DNA of 64,000 bases from Pelomyxa schiedti (taxonomy: Eukaryota; Protista; Evosea): contig JAHLWZ010000151.1 in the NCBI GenBank assembly GCA_020536535.1, forward strand, positions 1-64,000, read 5' to 3'. Positions 50,066-62,016 of this stretch are shown piece after piece; within the stretch, counting starts at the first letter, position 1, and every line of letters starts with the position of its first letter. The notes beneath the pieces are model-generated. The model was not told the origin of the DNA and ran no database searches. It saw only the letters and a program-made list of their open reading frames with translations. Position numbers and translations under genes: made by a program.

Positions 50066-52498
50066 ATGTCGGGGGCAAGAGGGGGAGGCAGTACAATGCA
50101 GCCGCAGACACCACTTTCTACGCCAAAAGGCCCCCCGAACGCACCTCGTTCCGTGACCGGACAGAGTACACGTCCGTCGTTGTTGGGAACGTCAACAATG
50201 CGAGCGACTCTGGGACCAAACTGGAGGTAGTAGTCTCCTTGTGAGCATGCTCGAGAAAATGACAGCTTTGAAAAAAAGAGGGGGACAGGCTACGGACCCG
50301 CGACCACTCAAGGATCCTGCTTTTCAACACAAATGCAGTGACAATATACTGAAATTCCTTCAAGAATACGGCTATGACAAGTACTCATTCTCTCCCCCTA
50401 GTATCTCGCAAAACAGGTATGCAAAAAAGGACTTTAAATCAGAAGTTGAGCAGTCTATCATCTAAAGAGACCTACTTGATTCTCGAATTTGTCTATAGTC
50501 AACTGAATCCAAAATTCAAGTTCACACCAAAAAAGGAGGATGAGTCTCTTTTAGTTGTGTTGTCCTCCCTGAGGTTGCGAAACAAAATAGTATAAAAAGA
50601 CTTAATGTTTGTGCCAAGGTATCCATTCAAAATTACAAAAGCAATCCTGATGAATTGCCTTACCCCTCACGGTTGGTCTACAATGCTAGGGATTATGGAT
50701 TGGCTTGTACACATTGTCCGGGTATGTCTCACTTCTTCATGAAAGTGCTTAAATTTTCCAGTATTCAAAAAAAGAGACATCACAACAGTCTTGTGTAACA
50801 CTTAGTGGCTCTATGACTGCTGCAATCAAAGAAGTCAATAAAGCATCTCTACAGGTTTTATTGTCCTCCTACCCGTTATGGATGGCTGGGAATGATCCTG
50901 CTTGTAAAAAAATAATGGACGAATGTGAGAGCGCCTTAGGTATGCACAAATCATATTGTCCCTGTTGCTTTCTTGTATTTGTTTATGGAATAGAAACATT
51001 CTCATCCCAGCTCAACGAAAGGCAACACTTGAGGAGTCAATTCTCCAGTTACACAATGAAAAGCAATCTATTGAACATGACTTGAAAGTGAGAGAAGACC
51101 CCGTGGTATACTTCTTGGGTACACTGCCACTGCTTAATTCAGAAGAAAGCACTAGATGACTTGGAAATGAAAATTCAGATTGAATCACAAAAGCTGTCCA
51201 GACACATGAAGGCCATTGAAGATCTCAACACCAGAAGAACGAAGTTGCTCCTTACAGTGGACGAAGCACGCACCTCAGTAGCTAATGCAGGCATATCCAG
51301 AAGGATCCCATTGTAGAATCTGATTGTCACTAGAAAATGAACTTATGACTTGCACAAAAGAGCAGCAGGAACTTGAGAGTCAGGTGAGGATGCAAAAATA
51401 CAGTGTAGCCGACATTGACCGGATCAATGCCGAGAAAAAATCACTTCTGGCCTCTTTGCAATCCGTGACTGTAAGTAGAAACCAGCAGCAACAAGCTTGC
51501 TGGAATCTTAACCTGGAGACTACCAAGAAGTTTGAGTGTGTCTCCTTCCAGAAAAAGATGTCACATGATGAGTTTTCTTAGACAATTGAGTCAACTTGTG
51601 TTGCACTTTAATGTTCAAGTGAGAAATGTGAATCTTACTCCTCCAACTGCGAAGTATGCAAGGGGCACTGACTATATACTTGTATTGCCTCGTCCACAAC
51701 CTTTGATAGCTAGTTCCGCTATTCCTCCAAGCAAGGAAGAAATTGAGTTATTCCTTCTGTTTTCCCAGAACACTAAACGTATACGTGTATGCATGAAGTA
51801 AAACCCAAGTAGTACATAACCTTGCAACAGAAATCTGCTTGTGAGTTGCACACAGCACTTCAGGCCAGGACAAAACAAGTCAAATCAGAAATTCTAAGAT
51901 ATGTATGTGCTTGACCGATTACATTTAGCCTTGCATCTTACCGCGCTTTACAGGAAGGTATTATTAACCAACATCAAGTGGCACACCAAACGAAAAGTGT
52001 GGCTCTTTGCAGTATAAAGGATCATATCAGTAGGCTTCAAACAACCTACAAGGCTCTGTCCGAGGTTTACCTGTTAGAGCCAGAACTGGAACTTGACACT
52101 TTTCTCTCATTAGGAAGGAACTTCAACAAGTAAAGAGAAATCTGGTTTAGTGCATGCGAGTCATGAGGAAACTGAAAAACGAAGGACTGTAGCTAGGCAA
52201 GGGAGAAACAAACAAGCCCAAGAACTTGCTGAGGCTAAAGCAAGGTACTTGACACCCTCTTCTCATCTTGAACTCAAGAAAAAACAGACTGGAGGATGCC
52301 ACCAAATGCTTGGACAAAGAAGCAGCTGCCCTCACTATCAAATGTAACGAGTCTGTTCAACAAGTTCTGGCATTCAAGGAGTATGTTCAAGCTCAGGTTG
52401 GGAGGCTAATCACCACCGCCCGCACCGCAGAAACTCAACTAACAGAATGCTGCACTGAAATGGACAAGCAGACACCCACGAGGGCCTTGAACCCCTAA
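50066..52498 (+). CDS. NDC80: Kinetochore protein NDC80/HEC1, spliced
   Basis: DPRPLKDPAFQ, ILKFLQEYGY, LRYPFKITK, TPHGWSTMLGIMDWLV, then long coiled coil with YSVADIDRINAEK. Confidence 0.9.
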
Positions 52499-54749
52499 AC
52501 TATCACCTTGTGAATTTTGATGCCAAAGAGGAAAACTGCTTTAGAATAAAAAGAGGTTTCTCATTGAATTTTGATAAAAAGAGAACGAAAAGCTAGAACC
52601 ACATGCGCGTCTTGACTTTTAGCCTTTTCTACAAGGTCCAACCACCAGTTCAGGATTGTGGGATTACAGGGGGTTGTGCTCAGAAAAACGGAACAATCCA
52701 GGACTGGGGCAGCAGTATTGTGTGGAGCATTTCTGCGATGTCGATGTTGGCTGCTGTCTCTTTGGATGTCTTGGCCAGGGAGGCCACTGATTCCTTCCAT
52801 TGAATCATTCTGTATGTGTTGTGGTACGTGGGGCCAATGGAGTACCGGAATTGATTGTCCGGTGCAGAGGAGTGCGTCCTGGTCGCGCGAATTTCGTACT
52901 TTTTGGTGCATGACTTTGTCAGATTCTTTCTGGTTGCGACAACACCGCGGATTGTGGCGGTTGAAGGTCCGAGTTCCATGATTCCGTGGCCGGTACCAAG
53001 GCACGTGCATTTCACAACTACCATCTTCTCGTGGGAGTGCGTGGTATCTTCCAGTCTCCAGGAACCTTCGTGCAGCTCGAAACTAACCTCTATCTGTATT
53101 TGGAATGACATGATCCCAGAGAGTTGTAAATGCACATACCAAGGGTGTGGAGGAGAAAGATATATGTTCCGCTCTACAGGTACCGTCTGACCTCACCGTC
53201 AAAGTATGTTGGTCTGATGTTTTTATTTTGTTGGGATTGTTCCGTTGTCAGATGGAAATGAAGGTAATAGTAAACCTACCGGTTTCAGTAAGTGTATGGC
53301 AGGTCCTTTCTTTAACAGTATTATTTAGGAAACTCCGCCCAAAAGGAAGGGTTGGGTCAGAAGTATCTGCTACTGGAGTCCGTTGTTTGAGTACACCTAA
53401 AAGGTTTGGCCCAATCGTGCCGGCATTGTCAAGAATATAGTTCGCATAGATCGCTGGAATTCCAGTGAAATCTAATCCACACTGGGTCAGCCAATCAGTG
53501 GCAGCATTTTTAATAGCGAGTTGGATCTAATCACGTTGAGACGGCATAAATATCGTCATGAACCTTTGGTAGAAAAGCTAGCAATTTGCGTCGTTGAAAT
53601 ATCTTTTCTATGTGTTGAACCGCTTCGATATCGGCAACCAAAACTGTTTGATGAAGGAGACTAAATTTGGGTGCCTTGAGTTCAATGGACATTATTACCA
53701 GCAATGTAGTGAGAGTGTTCAATATAGTCTTGCTTGCATTTCTCAAACGCAAAAGTAAACTCAGGTGGAGTGGCAGATCGACCCTTAGAAATTGGAGGAG
53801 TGAATTTCCAGGCTTCAGCGTGTTGTACAGAGTCTTCCTCCCAGCGTTCTATCACCGGAGGAGGAGAAGTACTACAAGTTACCTGCAGTTCACCCCCAAA
53901 ACTAGAAAATACAAACAGTTCAATTTGCCGGCCCATAAGGTGGGCAGGAATAGAGGCAGTGAAATTCTGGCTCCTCCAACCCTTCAATAAATTAGAACCC
54001 CAAGTAACAATAAAGTAGCAGGTTTCCAAACTTACACGTAAAGATCCACACTGCTGCAGAATTGCGGTATAAGGCCTCCTAATGTCACAAAACAGCCTTT
54101 TCCTCCTACCAGTGTCATTATCACTGGATGTTAGCCCAGATAGAACGTCCAGTCTAAGTCTATCCACCTTGTTCACGTGCTCATCTACAGCTCGAGCCCA
54201 GTGAATTGCAGAATACAGGAAAGTGCTGCACTCCTTTTTAAATGCAAATTGCTTTTTCTCCACCATAAACTGAGACCAGCTAAGAAATATCTAGAAATAA
54301 AAAGTCATTACCCCGGCGCCAGGAAGTACTTGTGGGAACAAACGTCGGACCAGTAGTCAAATCCAGCAATCATTACAATCATATGTGCTACATCCGGGCA
54401 CACGCCCACACCCATAAGAGCCTGGGCCAAATCTTCCATTATTATGGGCACTCACACCACACCGTCGAAACCGGTTAGTTAGTGTTGTTAGTAGAAGGAA
54501 AACGACCGTTCCCCCAAGTGTAAATTCCAATGGTGTCCTCCAGCCGTCCCACCCCTCACCGACTTCCGGTCCACTCAAAGAATCCACAGCACTCAGTTGG
54601 GCTACACAAGAGTTCAAGGTATATCGTAGGCACTGAGCCCTAGAAAAGTCGGTTTTCTCTTTTTAGTTGGTAGTTATCTTCTTCTGATCCCTGTCAACTC
54701 ATTTGACGCTTCTAAAACCACCTTCTCAACTTTTCCCATCCCCATCTGT

Positions 54750-57489
54750 CTAAGAAGTGAGTGCTTGGAGGGCATCAGCGGCACTGAGCCTGGTTGCTTT
54801 TTCAGGGTTCATCATCTCCATCATCACTGACTCAAGCAGCACAGGTTCCCCGTTGCTGCTATTGTTCTGCCGTCGCCTTTTTGTTGCTGTTGGTGTTGGT
54901 TGTGCTGCTTGCAATGCTGCTGCCCTTGCCTGCTGTGATGACGCCGATGAAAACAAGGGGATGGGGAAGTCGCAGAGGAGTGACTGGGTGTTGAATAAAC
55001 TCATGTCGCGGCTCATGTCATGGTTCCCAATGAACTTGTGCTCAGGTGGCAGAAGAGCATTCCAGAAAGTGAGGGCGAGTGCAAAAGAGTCACACTTTGA
55101 GTATGAGAACACAGCGCCAGTGCCCCTCATGATCCCCTTGAGGAACTTGCCCAGCTCTGGTGGCATCGTGCCTGTGTTGCCCCATGCCTGTGACGTGGTG
55201 GTCAACGTCATCTCCATGTTTGGGCAGTTCTGTGCCTCACCAAAGTCAATCAATGTCAATTTGCAAGTCTCTGGATCAACAAGAATGTTGTCTCCCTTGA
55301 TGTCCCTGTGCCATTTGTTTGTTTGTTGGGTAACAATTTTGCGGGGGTGGAGACAAACCTGTGAACAACAAAATGCGTCTCAATGTGGAAGATGGCCTTG
55401 AGTCCTTGAACAAACAGATTCTCAACTTCGAGTGTGCTCTTGTTGCTAGAGAAGGAAAGGAGGAACGATGACAGTGTGATACCACAGTGGGGCATGAGGA
55501 TGGCCAACGACTTGTTTCTGCCCAGCTCTCGAAAAGCAGATTGCTCTCTTGGTATTTTATCTGCAAAAGGTGCTGGAAGCCTGGAAAACGTGTGAGTTAT
55601 TGACTTGATCGAGAAGTAATATGTGAAAAATAAATACCAAGGGATGACCAAAGCAGCAAGAGGGTGGATCACGTTTGGGTGATTTGGAACCAACGCGAGG
55701 GCAATGCATTCAACCATGTATTTCTGCCTCACCATTGTCTGCCGTGGTGTGTTCTCCCAGTTGAAAAGCACCTTCATGACCATGTCTGTGGTTGTTCTTC
55801 TCAGTGATGGTGATGATGGTGATGGAGAGGCTGTTGACGTGGCACTTATTTGGTTGTTATTGGAGCTGTTTGTGATGAATGTCGTGCCTCGGTATTGCAC
55901 TTTGAACGCAGCAGCATTGGAACCAGTGCCAAGCAGTTTCACCACCTCAAAATCATCAATAGTTGCTGAAATCAGTGATGTCATTGTGTTTACAATTGTC
56001 TTATTGATGGGTGAGAGGGTTTTTTTTGACCTTTGTATGTGTGTTGTGGAGTGAGGAGCCAGAACCTTGTATCGTTCCACTTCTTCTGTGAGGGCTTTCG
56101 TCAGGTTTTCGGCATTAGTGTGTTGTTGACGCAGAGCTGTCTCCGTTTCCTTTACACGGTTCACAAGTTGTTCCTTCTCCATCTGTCATTTATTTGAGCG
56201 TGTGAAGAGAAACCTGACGAAAACCTTGATTCTTTCCACTTCATCTGTGAGCTGTTTCCTCAGATTTTCGGCAACAGTTTGTTCCTGGAAATGTGTGACT
56301 TAAGTTTTTTTAAAGAACAAAGAAGAGGTGGGGCGTTGTACATCTGCAAGTTGTTTCTTCAGAGTGTCAACTTGCTGTGTGCGTTTTAATTTTAGTAAAG
56401 GCTTCAACCAACGCGCACCTCTTGAGAATGTGCCCTTTCTTCAACGAGCTGTTTTTTCAAGGATTCCACTTCTTTTTCCAATATTTCAACAGTGGTCACT
56501 TGTTGTTGCACTACAGAGTTGGTCTTCCCACTGTTGCTCACTGGATATGAAGAGAGGACCTTTTCTGCACCCCTGTGGCCAAGTACGGCAGCCTTCACCA
56601 GCCAGTTCTGTGACTGCTCCACGTCGGAATCAACGCCATCGCCATCCCTGAGACACACACCAAGGTGAAACATTGAAACGGGGTCACCGCCCTCGGCACC
56701 CATCCGGAAATATCCAACAGCAGCCCTCTTGTCTATCGGCGCCCCGCAGTCTCCCCTTTGGCAATACTCTCCAAGCTCCCCAAGTGCCTGCCCACCGCCC
56801 CGCGTCGCGTCGCTGAACAGCTCGAGGGCCTTGCCGGCGTCCAGGCCGACCCCAATGCCCCGCTCGTGGCAGTACCCAAGGAACACCTGGGCCTGGGCAG
56901 AGCACCAAACCCCCGCGGCGGCCTCGAGCAGCTTCGCGGCCTGCGCCACGTCCTTCGCGGCGCCCCACACGCCCCACAGGTAGCACCAGCCCAGGTACGC
57001 CTGCGCGTCGCTGTTCGTGTCCGACTTCTGGAACAGCTGCGCGGCCATTGCCCAGTCCCTCTTGACGCCCTCGCCGCGCAGGTAGCACACGCCGAGGCGC
57101 CACGAGTGCCGCCTGTGTTGGGCGAGCGCGGCGGCTCTGTAGAGCGACACGGCCCTGCGGTGGTCGGGCTCCACGCCGACGCCGCGCTGGTAGCACAGGC
57201 CGAGCTGGGCCATGGCGTCGCAGTGGGACAGGCCGGCGGCCATGGTCCACGCCGAGACCGCCTTGGCGACGTCGCGGGCGGGCTCGGACAGCGTGCCGTA
57301 GTAGCACTCGCAGCCGACCGAGTACAGCCCCTCGGCGTTGCGTGCCTTGCTGTACCAGCGCAGCGCCTCGTCCAGGTTCTTGGACACCCCGCGTGTGCCG
57401 TTGTGGTAGCACCCACCAAGTTCACACATAGCCCTGGTGTCGCCTGCGTTTGCCTGCTCGACGAGGGAACCTATGCCACGGGTGGCCAT
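54750..57489 (-). CDS. Sel1-like repeats + coiled coil + PINK1-like protein kinase, spliced
   Basis: About 8 Sel1 repeats (e.g. DAMAQLGLCYQRGVGVEPD); kinase LGTGSNAAAF, MVMKVLFN, HPNVI, GRNKSLAILMP, HRDIKGDN, IDFG, WGNTGTMPPE, YSKCDSFA. Confidence 0.88.
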
Positions 57490-57627
57490 CAAAGTTGTTG
57501 CTCGGACAGAAAAACACCAAACTTCCCCCTTCGAGGCATTACACTGTGGAATAGAAACAAGCTGGCTGTGTCAGCTTTCCACCCCAGATCATGTTTCAGT
57601 TCCCTCATAGGTGACGTTTCGTAGAAA

Positions 57628-58926
57628 ATGCAGGGTGAGCAACCCAAGTCGCCGGCGCCGAAGAAGCCAAGGAGCACAAAAACCAACCATCTGGTCCCGC
57701 CCCGATGGCTGGGTGTCATCACTTATGGGACTCAGTGTGTTTGGGCACGGGAACAAATGGCTGCCCTAACGATCGCGTGTCACTCTCCCCAGCGCTGCGG
57801 GATACGGTCCCCAGCATCGGTGTTGGGGCCCCACCTCGTTCGGCAATTGTGGGACGCCTGCGTTGTGAGCTGCCTGAGGGCTTTTGCCGTGGAAATTTGG
57901 GTGGGCTCAAAGGAACCCAGGGAAGAGCGCCGGTTATGCATCGTCAAGGTCCGCGTGTCGCCCCTGCTGTTGGGAATCACAAGTATTGAGTGTGTAGAAC
58001 CGCCGGAGGAATTATGGGTCCGCTCCATGTTTAGTGACCAGTACTGGATTGATGAGAATAGAATGTTCATGGACAAGGGGGTGCTGGAAGTAATAGGATG
58101 CATGCTTGTGGATACAAGAACTGGGAAGGAGAGGCACCTGATTCAGGAGGATCCCCACATTCCCGAGCTTTGCGTGAATGGGGAGTGGTGGTTGCAGCTC
58201 ACAGAAAAGAATGGCGCTCCTTACCTTGTCATCACCAGTCTGACAGCTGAGAAGGAAAATGACCCTGTTCTTGTTCCACTACCTGATGACTATCACTTGG
58301 CCGTCGAAACGATCCGCTTCAACAAAGTGATGTCGTCACAGGCGGTGATTCTTCTCAACAGAAGAAGTTCCACCACTCAGCTGGTTATTTTTGATGTTAC
58401 TAAGACACACGCAACGAAGAACCTGGAAGTTGAAAGCATTACAGAGTGCGTTTTTCCACCAGAGCACCTTGAAGATTTCCTTATGGAATCCCTTCTTGTG
58501 ATGAAGAACAGAGCTGGGCAAAATGTGTTCATTGTTGAGACCTCCTATGACGGGTCATACCCCCCGGGGTTGGTGTTTGCGGTCCAATCGAATGGATGCC
58601 TCACTAAGCTCTATGATGAAGTTGGCACAGGGGTTGTCTCTCAGTTGAGCTCAACCCAGTTCTCCATTTACTACCCAAGGCTGAAAGAACTCCAAATTTT
58701 CGACTGCAATGACATCACAACAAGCAACCCTCGTCCATTGCAGACAATTCCGCATGTTGAACACAGTGAATACCTTTCAGGTGGAGGGTTCATTGTGCTG
58801 GTTTCAGGTAAACAGAGGCTGCAGGTGATTGAAGCATCCTCAGGACTTATTGTTGCTTGCATTGGGTTTCTCGCGCCTGGGTGGTCCATCAAGCAACTAA
58901 ACCAGACGGAGTCTTTCATGTGGTAA
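57628..58926 (+). CDS. Intronless hypothetical protein (432 aa), beta-strand-rich C-terminal part
   Basis: Long ATG-started ORF, AATAAA shortly after the stop, no recognised family motif. Confidence 0.75.
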   Translation: MQGEQPKSPAPKKPRSTKTNHLVPPRWLGVITYGTQCVWAREQMAALTIACHSPQRCGIRSPASVLGPHLVRQLWDACVVSCLRAFAVEIWVGSKEPREERRLCIVKVRVSPLLLGITSIECVEPPEELWVRSMFSDQYWIDENRMFMDKGVLEVIGCMLVDTRTGKERHLIQEDPHIPELCVNGEWWLQLTEKNGAPYLVITSLTAEKENDPVLVPLPDDYHLAVETIRFNKVMSSQAVILLNRRSSTTQLVIFDVTKTHATKNLEVESITECVFPPEHLEDFLMESLLVMKNRAGQNVFIVETSYDGSYPPGLVFAVQSNGCLTKLYDEVGTGVVSQLSSTQFSIYYPRLKELQIFDCNDITTSNPRPLQTIPHVEHSEYLSGGGFIVLVSGKQRLQVIEASSGLIVACIGFLAPGWSIKQLNQTESFMW

Positions 58927-59198
58927 GCTGGGAGAATAAAAAGAAAAACCCCTATCTAAGATAAGTCTCGAGCTTTCACTTCATCAGGTGGCTGTGCTCT
59001 GTGATGTGTGGGGCATTCTGCTTCCTAGGATATTTTGCACACCCAAAGATGTTGGGCTGGCGGTAAGGGCGCCATGCCATGCATCATAAGTGAGGGGAAC
59101 TCAGGCTCACACCTAAAAATCGTTGGGAAGCCGTGGTGCTGAGGCCAGGTCAAGATAAGAAACCCGGAGTCAGCGAGTTCGCGAAAAAAATCTCAACG

Positions 59199-61848
59199 AT
59201 GACTTTCGGGTCAGCAATTCTGCGGTTGTGTGTTGTACTTGGAGTGATCGTCAACGACGTTGGGTGTGATTGGTTGTGGACATCAACAGATACAAGCAGG
59301 TCCAGTTCGTTGGGTTCGTGCCTGCTTTGGGTTTATTATGGGAGGCGCCTTTGTTCAAGTTTTTGTTTTTAGGTTTTGATGCTACTATTGATTCACAGGG
59401 GAATGTGATTTGCCTTGGGATGAGGTTGGCTGCCTATTTCTTTACCCCCTTTTTCTTTTTTTCCCCCTCCCACAACTTAATAGTGATGGGCCAGTTGAGG
59501 GTGGTATCAGTGAAAGTGATCCTCATGCAGTACTTGTTGCATGGTCCAAAGAAGGAGAGACAATGTTGCTCTGTTCATACTACTTACAAGCACTTACCCT
59601 CCTTGAAGATGGAAAGTGGATGTTCCAAACACTGACGCGGAATCAGCGGAAGAATTTAGTGTAGAAACTCCTAAGTTTTCTAAAACTGAGCAACCCCCAA
59701 GGGAGCAATTGCCATTGATAGTGACGACTACTTTTGGGTTGTAACCAGTGGGAGTATGTACAGTTCTCTACCCAATACAAGGAAGTTGTTCACGGAAGTG
59801 CAGGTCAAAGAATTTTTATCTATATTGGCGTGTCGAGTAGCGGCGAGCAATTCATTTTTGATTCATTTATGCCATTTGATTTTGAGGATTGCTTCCCAAT
59901 TCAACTTTACGTTGATTACAATGTGTGTTCAGCCGGGGTTTATTGTCTTGAAGCTCACCCCAAGTAGATGTACATGTGGATACTAACCAGGAAAGGTATT
60001 TTCAAATACCGTTTTGATATGTTCGATATTCCAATCTGGTATACGCTGTACTGCCTTGGAGAATGCCAGTAAACTCCGTTCATACCTCTTTCATTCCTGA
60101 TAAGGCCGCAGGAAGTTTGTATTCGATAACTCTGGCAGTGTATATGTATCATCAACCATTACTGGAACAAGAAATGTTTTTCTACAAAAACTGACCTTTA
60201 GGTATAGTCACTTAGCAAAGTGTAACACTGAATGAAATAGCGATTCAAATGCAACCTTAGTATGGAATATTACTCTTGAGGGTATTGGCACGCCAATAGG
60301 CATGTACACAGCAACCGATTTTCTGTCATTATATCTTGTATGTAGTTTCTAAATTGTGGCACATAACAGTTAATAATAGGCCACAAATGTCGATTCCGTA
60401 TGTGTGCATATTATTCAATTCCTTCCAACAGGAACAGTCATCCGTGAAAGTCTTGTAACAGCTAATTTTAATACATCATTTAGTGCTGGCGGTTTGATAA
60501 ATCAGACTATCCTCCTTGTATTACCGCTAAAAATTTGTCCTTTTGTTATAATCGACTTGCAGGGGGGAAAAGGGCTGGAAACTGAAGGTTCTGTGCCGAC
60601 AGCTGTACTCCTTGCCTATGACATTTCATCGGCACGTACATTGTGGCAAGAAGATTCAGTGGGGAACTTTCAATCCAACTCACCATACAACGATGCTATG
60701 GTAAAGATTGTAACTTCATCCAAATTGTGTGCGATAGTGGGAACAATGCATGGAGATTCTTTTGGAAAGTGCGATCTAACTGTGAGTCTGTATTCTACTT
60801 GGGTTTTTCTCAAAATTTTGTGAGGTAGTCTTATTCATATCTTGAACGTAGGTATTTTCTCCCACCTTAACTTTGAAGTTTATTTCCTTTCTTTCCAGTA
60901 ACAGCGTTCAATGCCACTGCCTCCCTATATACTGAGCTGTGGAGTGATTTTATTACTGGCCAACTTGAATGTGTTATTCCCCTTGACCGCTTTCTAGTGA
61001 TGATTGTTGTGGGTGCCGCCTTCCTTACTACCATTACGATTTGCGCATGTGGTATGGGAATATTGCGCCCGGTTTCATCAGAATACTCCTATCAGGTTTC
61101 CACAACAATTTACCCTCCTCTCACGTGACATAGAAACTTGGCAGTGCCGAAAGAAAGTCAGATGAAAATATTCCTCAGGGCGGAACAAAGCGGTACGAAG
61201 ATGACGATCAACAGCCACGTTCTCTATCTGGTACCCTGCGGGTACTTAAATGGGCACATGGGATATCTGCCTGTTGTACCCTTGTGCTTTCCATTATCGC
61301 CATTTTCATTAAGGGAGAAACAGCCTGGCCAGGTGCATGTGGTGAAAATTGGGAGTATGCTCTCTTCTTTTCTTTACCGATTAGTGTAACTTCTGCTAGT
61401 ATCTGGAACCCACTTGCTTGTGCTCCAGTTTTCTACATGTGGCTGCTTATTCCAGAATACCTAGCTGACCTCATCTTCCTCTTGTGAGTGTTAGTTCTTC
61501 AGCAAATGACCATAATAACCCATTCATTCCTTTCCCAAAAACATAATAAGGTCCCGCAAGGAAAAACGCGTCTTGACTTTTGCCCTTGTTGACCTGGTCA
61601 CCATCACCACCCTCATTCTCATGCCTCTTAGCCTCATGCTTTATGCCAACCACACCACGTGGTATATCCTATGGTCCTGTGTGTGCCTCCTCATGATTCT
61701 GCGGGAATCCCTTGCTGTTGTTCTGACTGTCAAACACACTACCCATACTCATGCATCCCTTGTTGCTGGTATGTCTGTATTCCATTTCCTTGCCGCTGTG
61801 AGCTTTGCAGCACTTTTTTGCTGTATTTGGCCTGTACAACTAGACTAA
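59199..61848 (+). CDS. Hypothetical membrane protein: signal peptide, extracellular domain, several C-terminal TM helices, spliced
   Basis: MTFGSAILRLCVVLGVIV signal-like start; many GT-AG-bounded exons; hydrophobic last exon TFALVDLV...CCIWPVQLD. Confidence 0.6.
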
Positions 61849-62016
61849 ATAGAAATAAACACAAAAAAACAATTTGTTACTCCTGTTTGGCTTTAGAGCT
61901 TTGAAAAAGCTCCATTTGACATTTGGTGTTGGATAAATAGAATAGTACAGCGTTTTTTTTGGTTGGAGTGGTGGGGTTCCTCTGGTCCTGGGTGGATGGA
62001 AATCAAGTCACATTAA

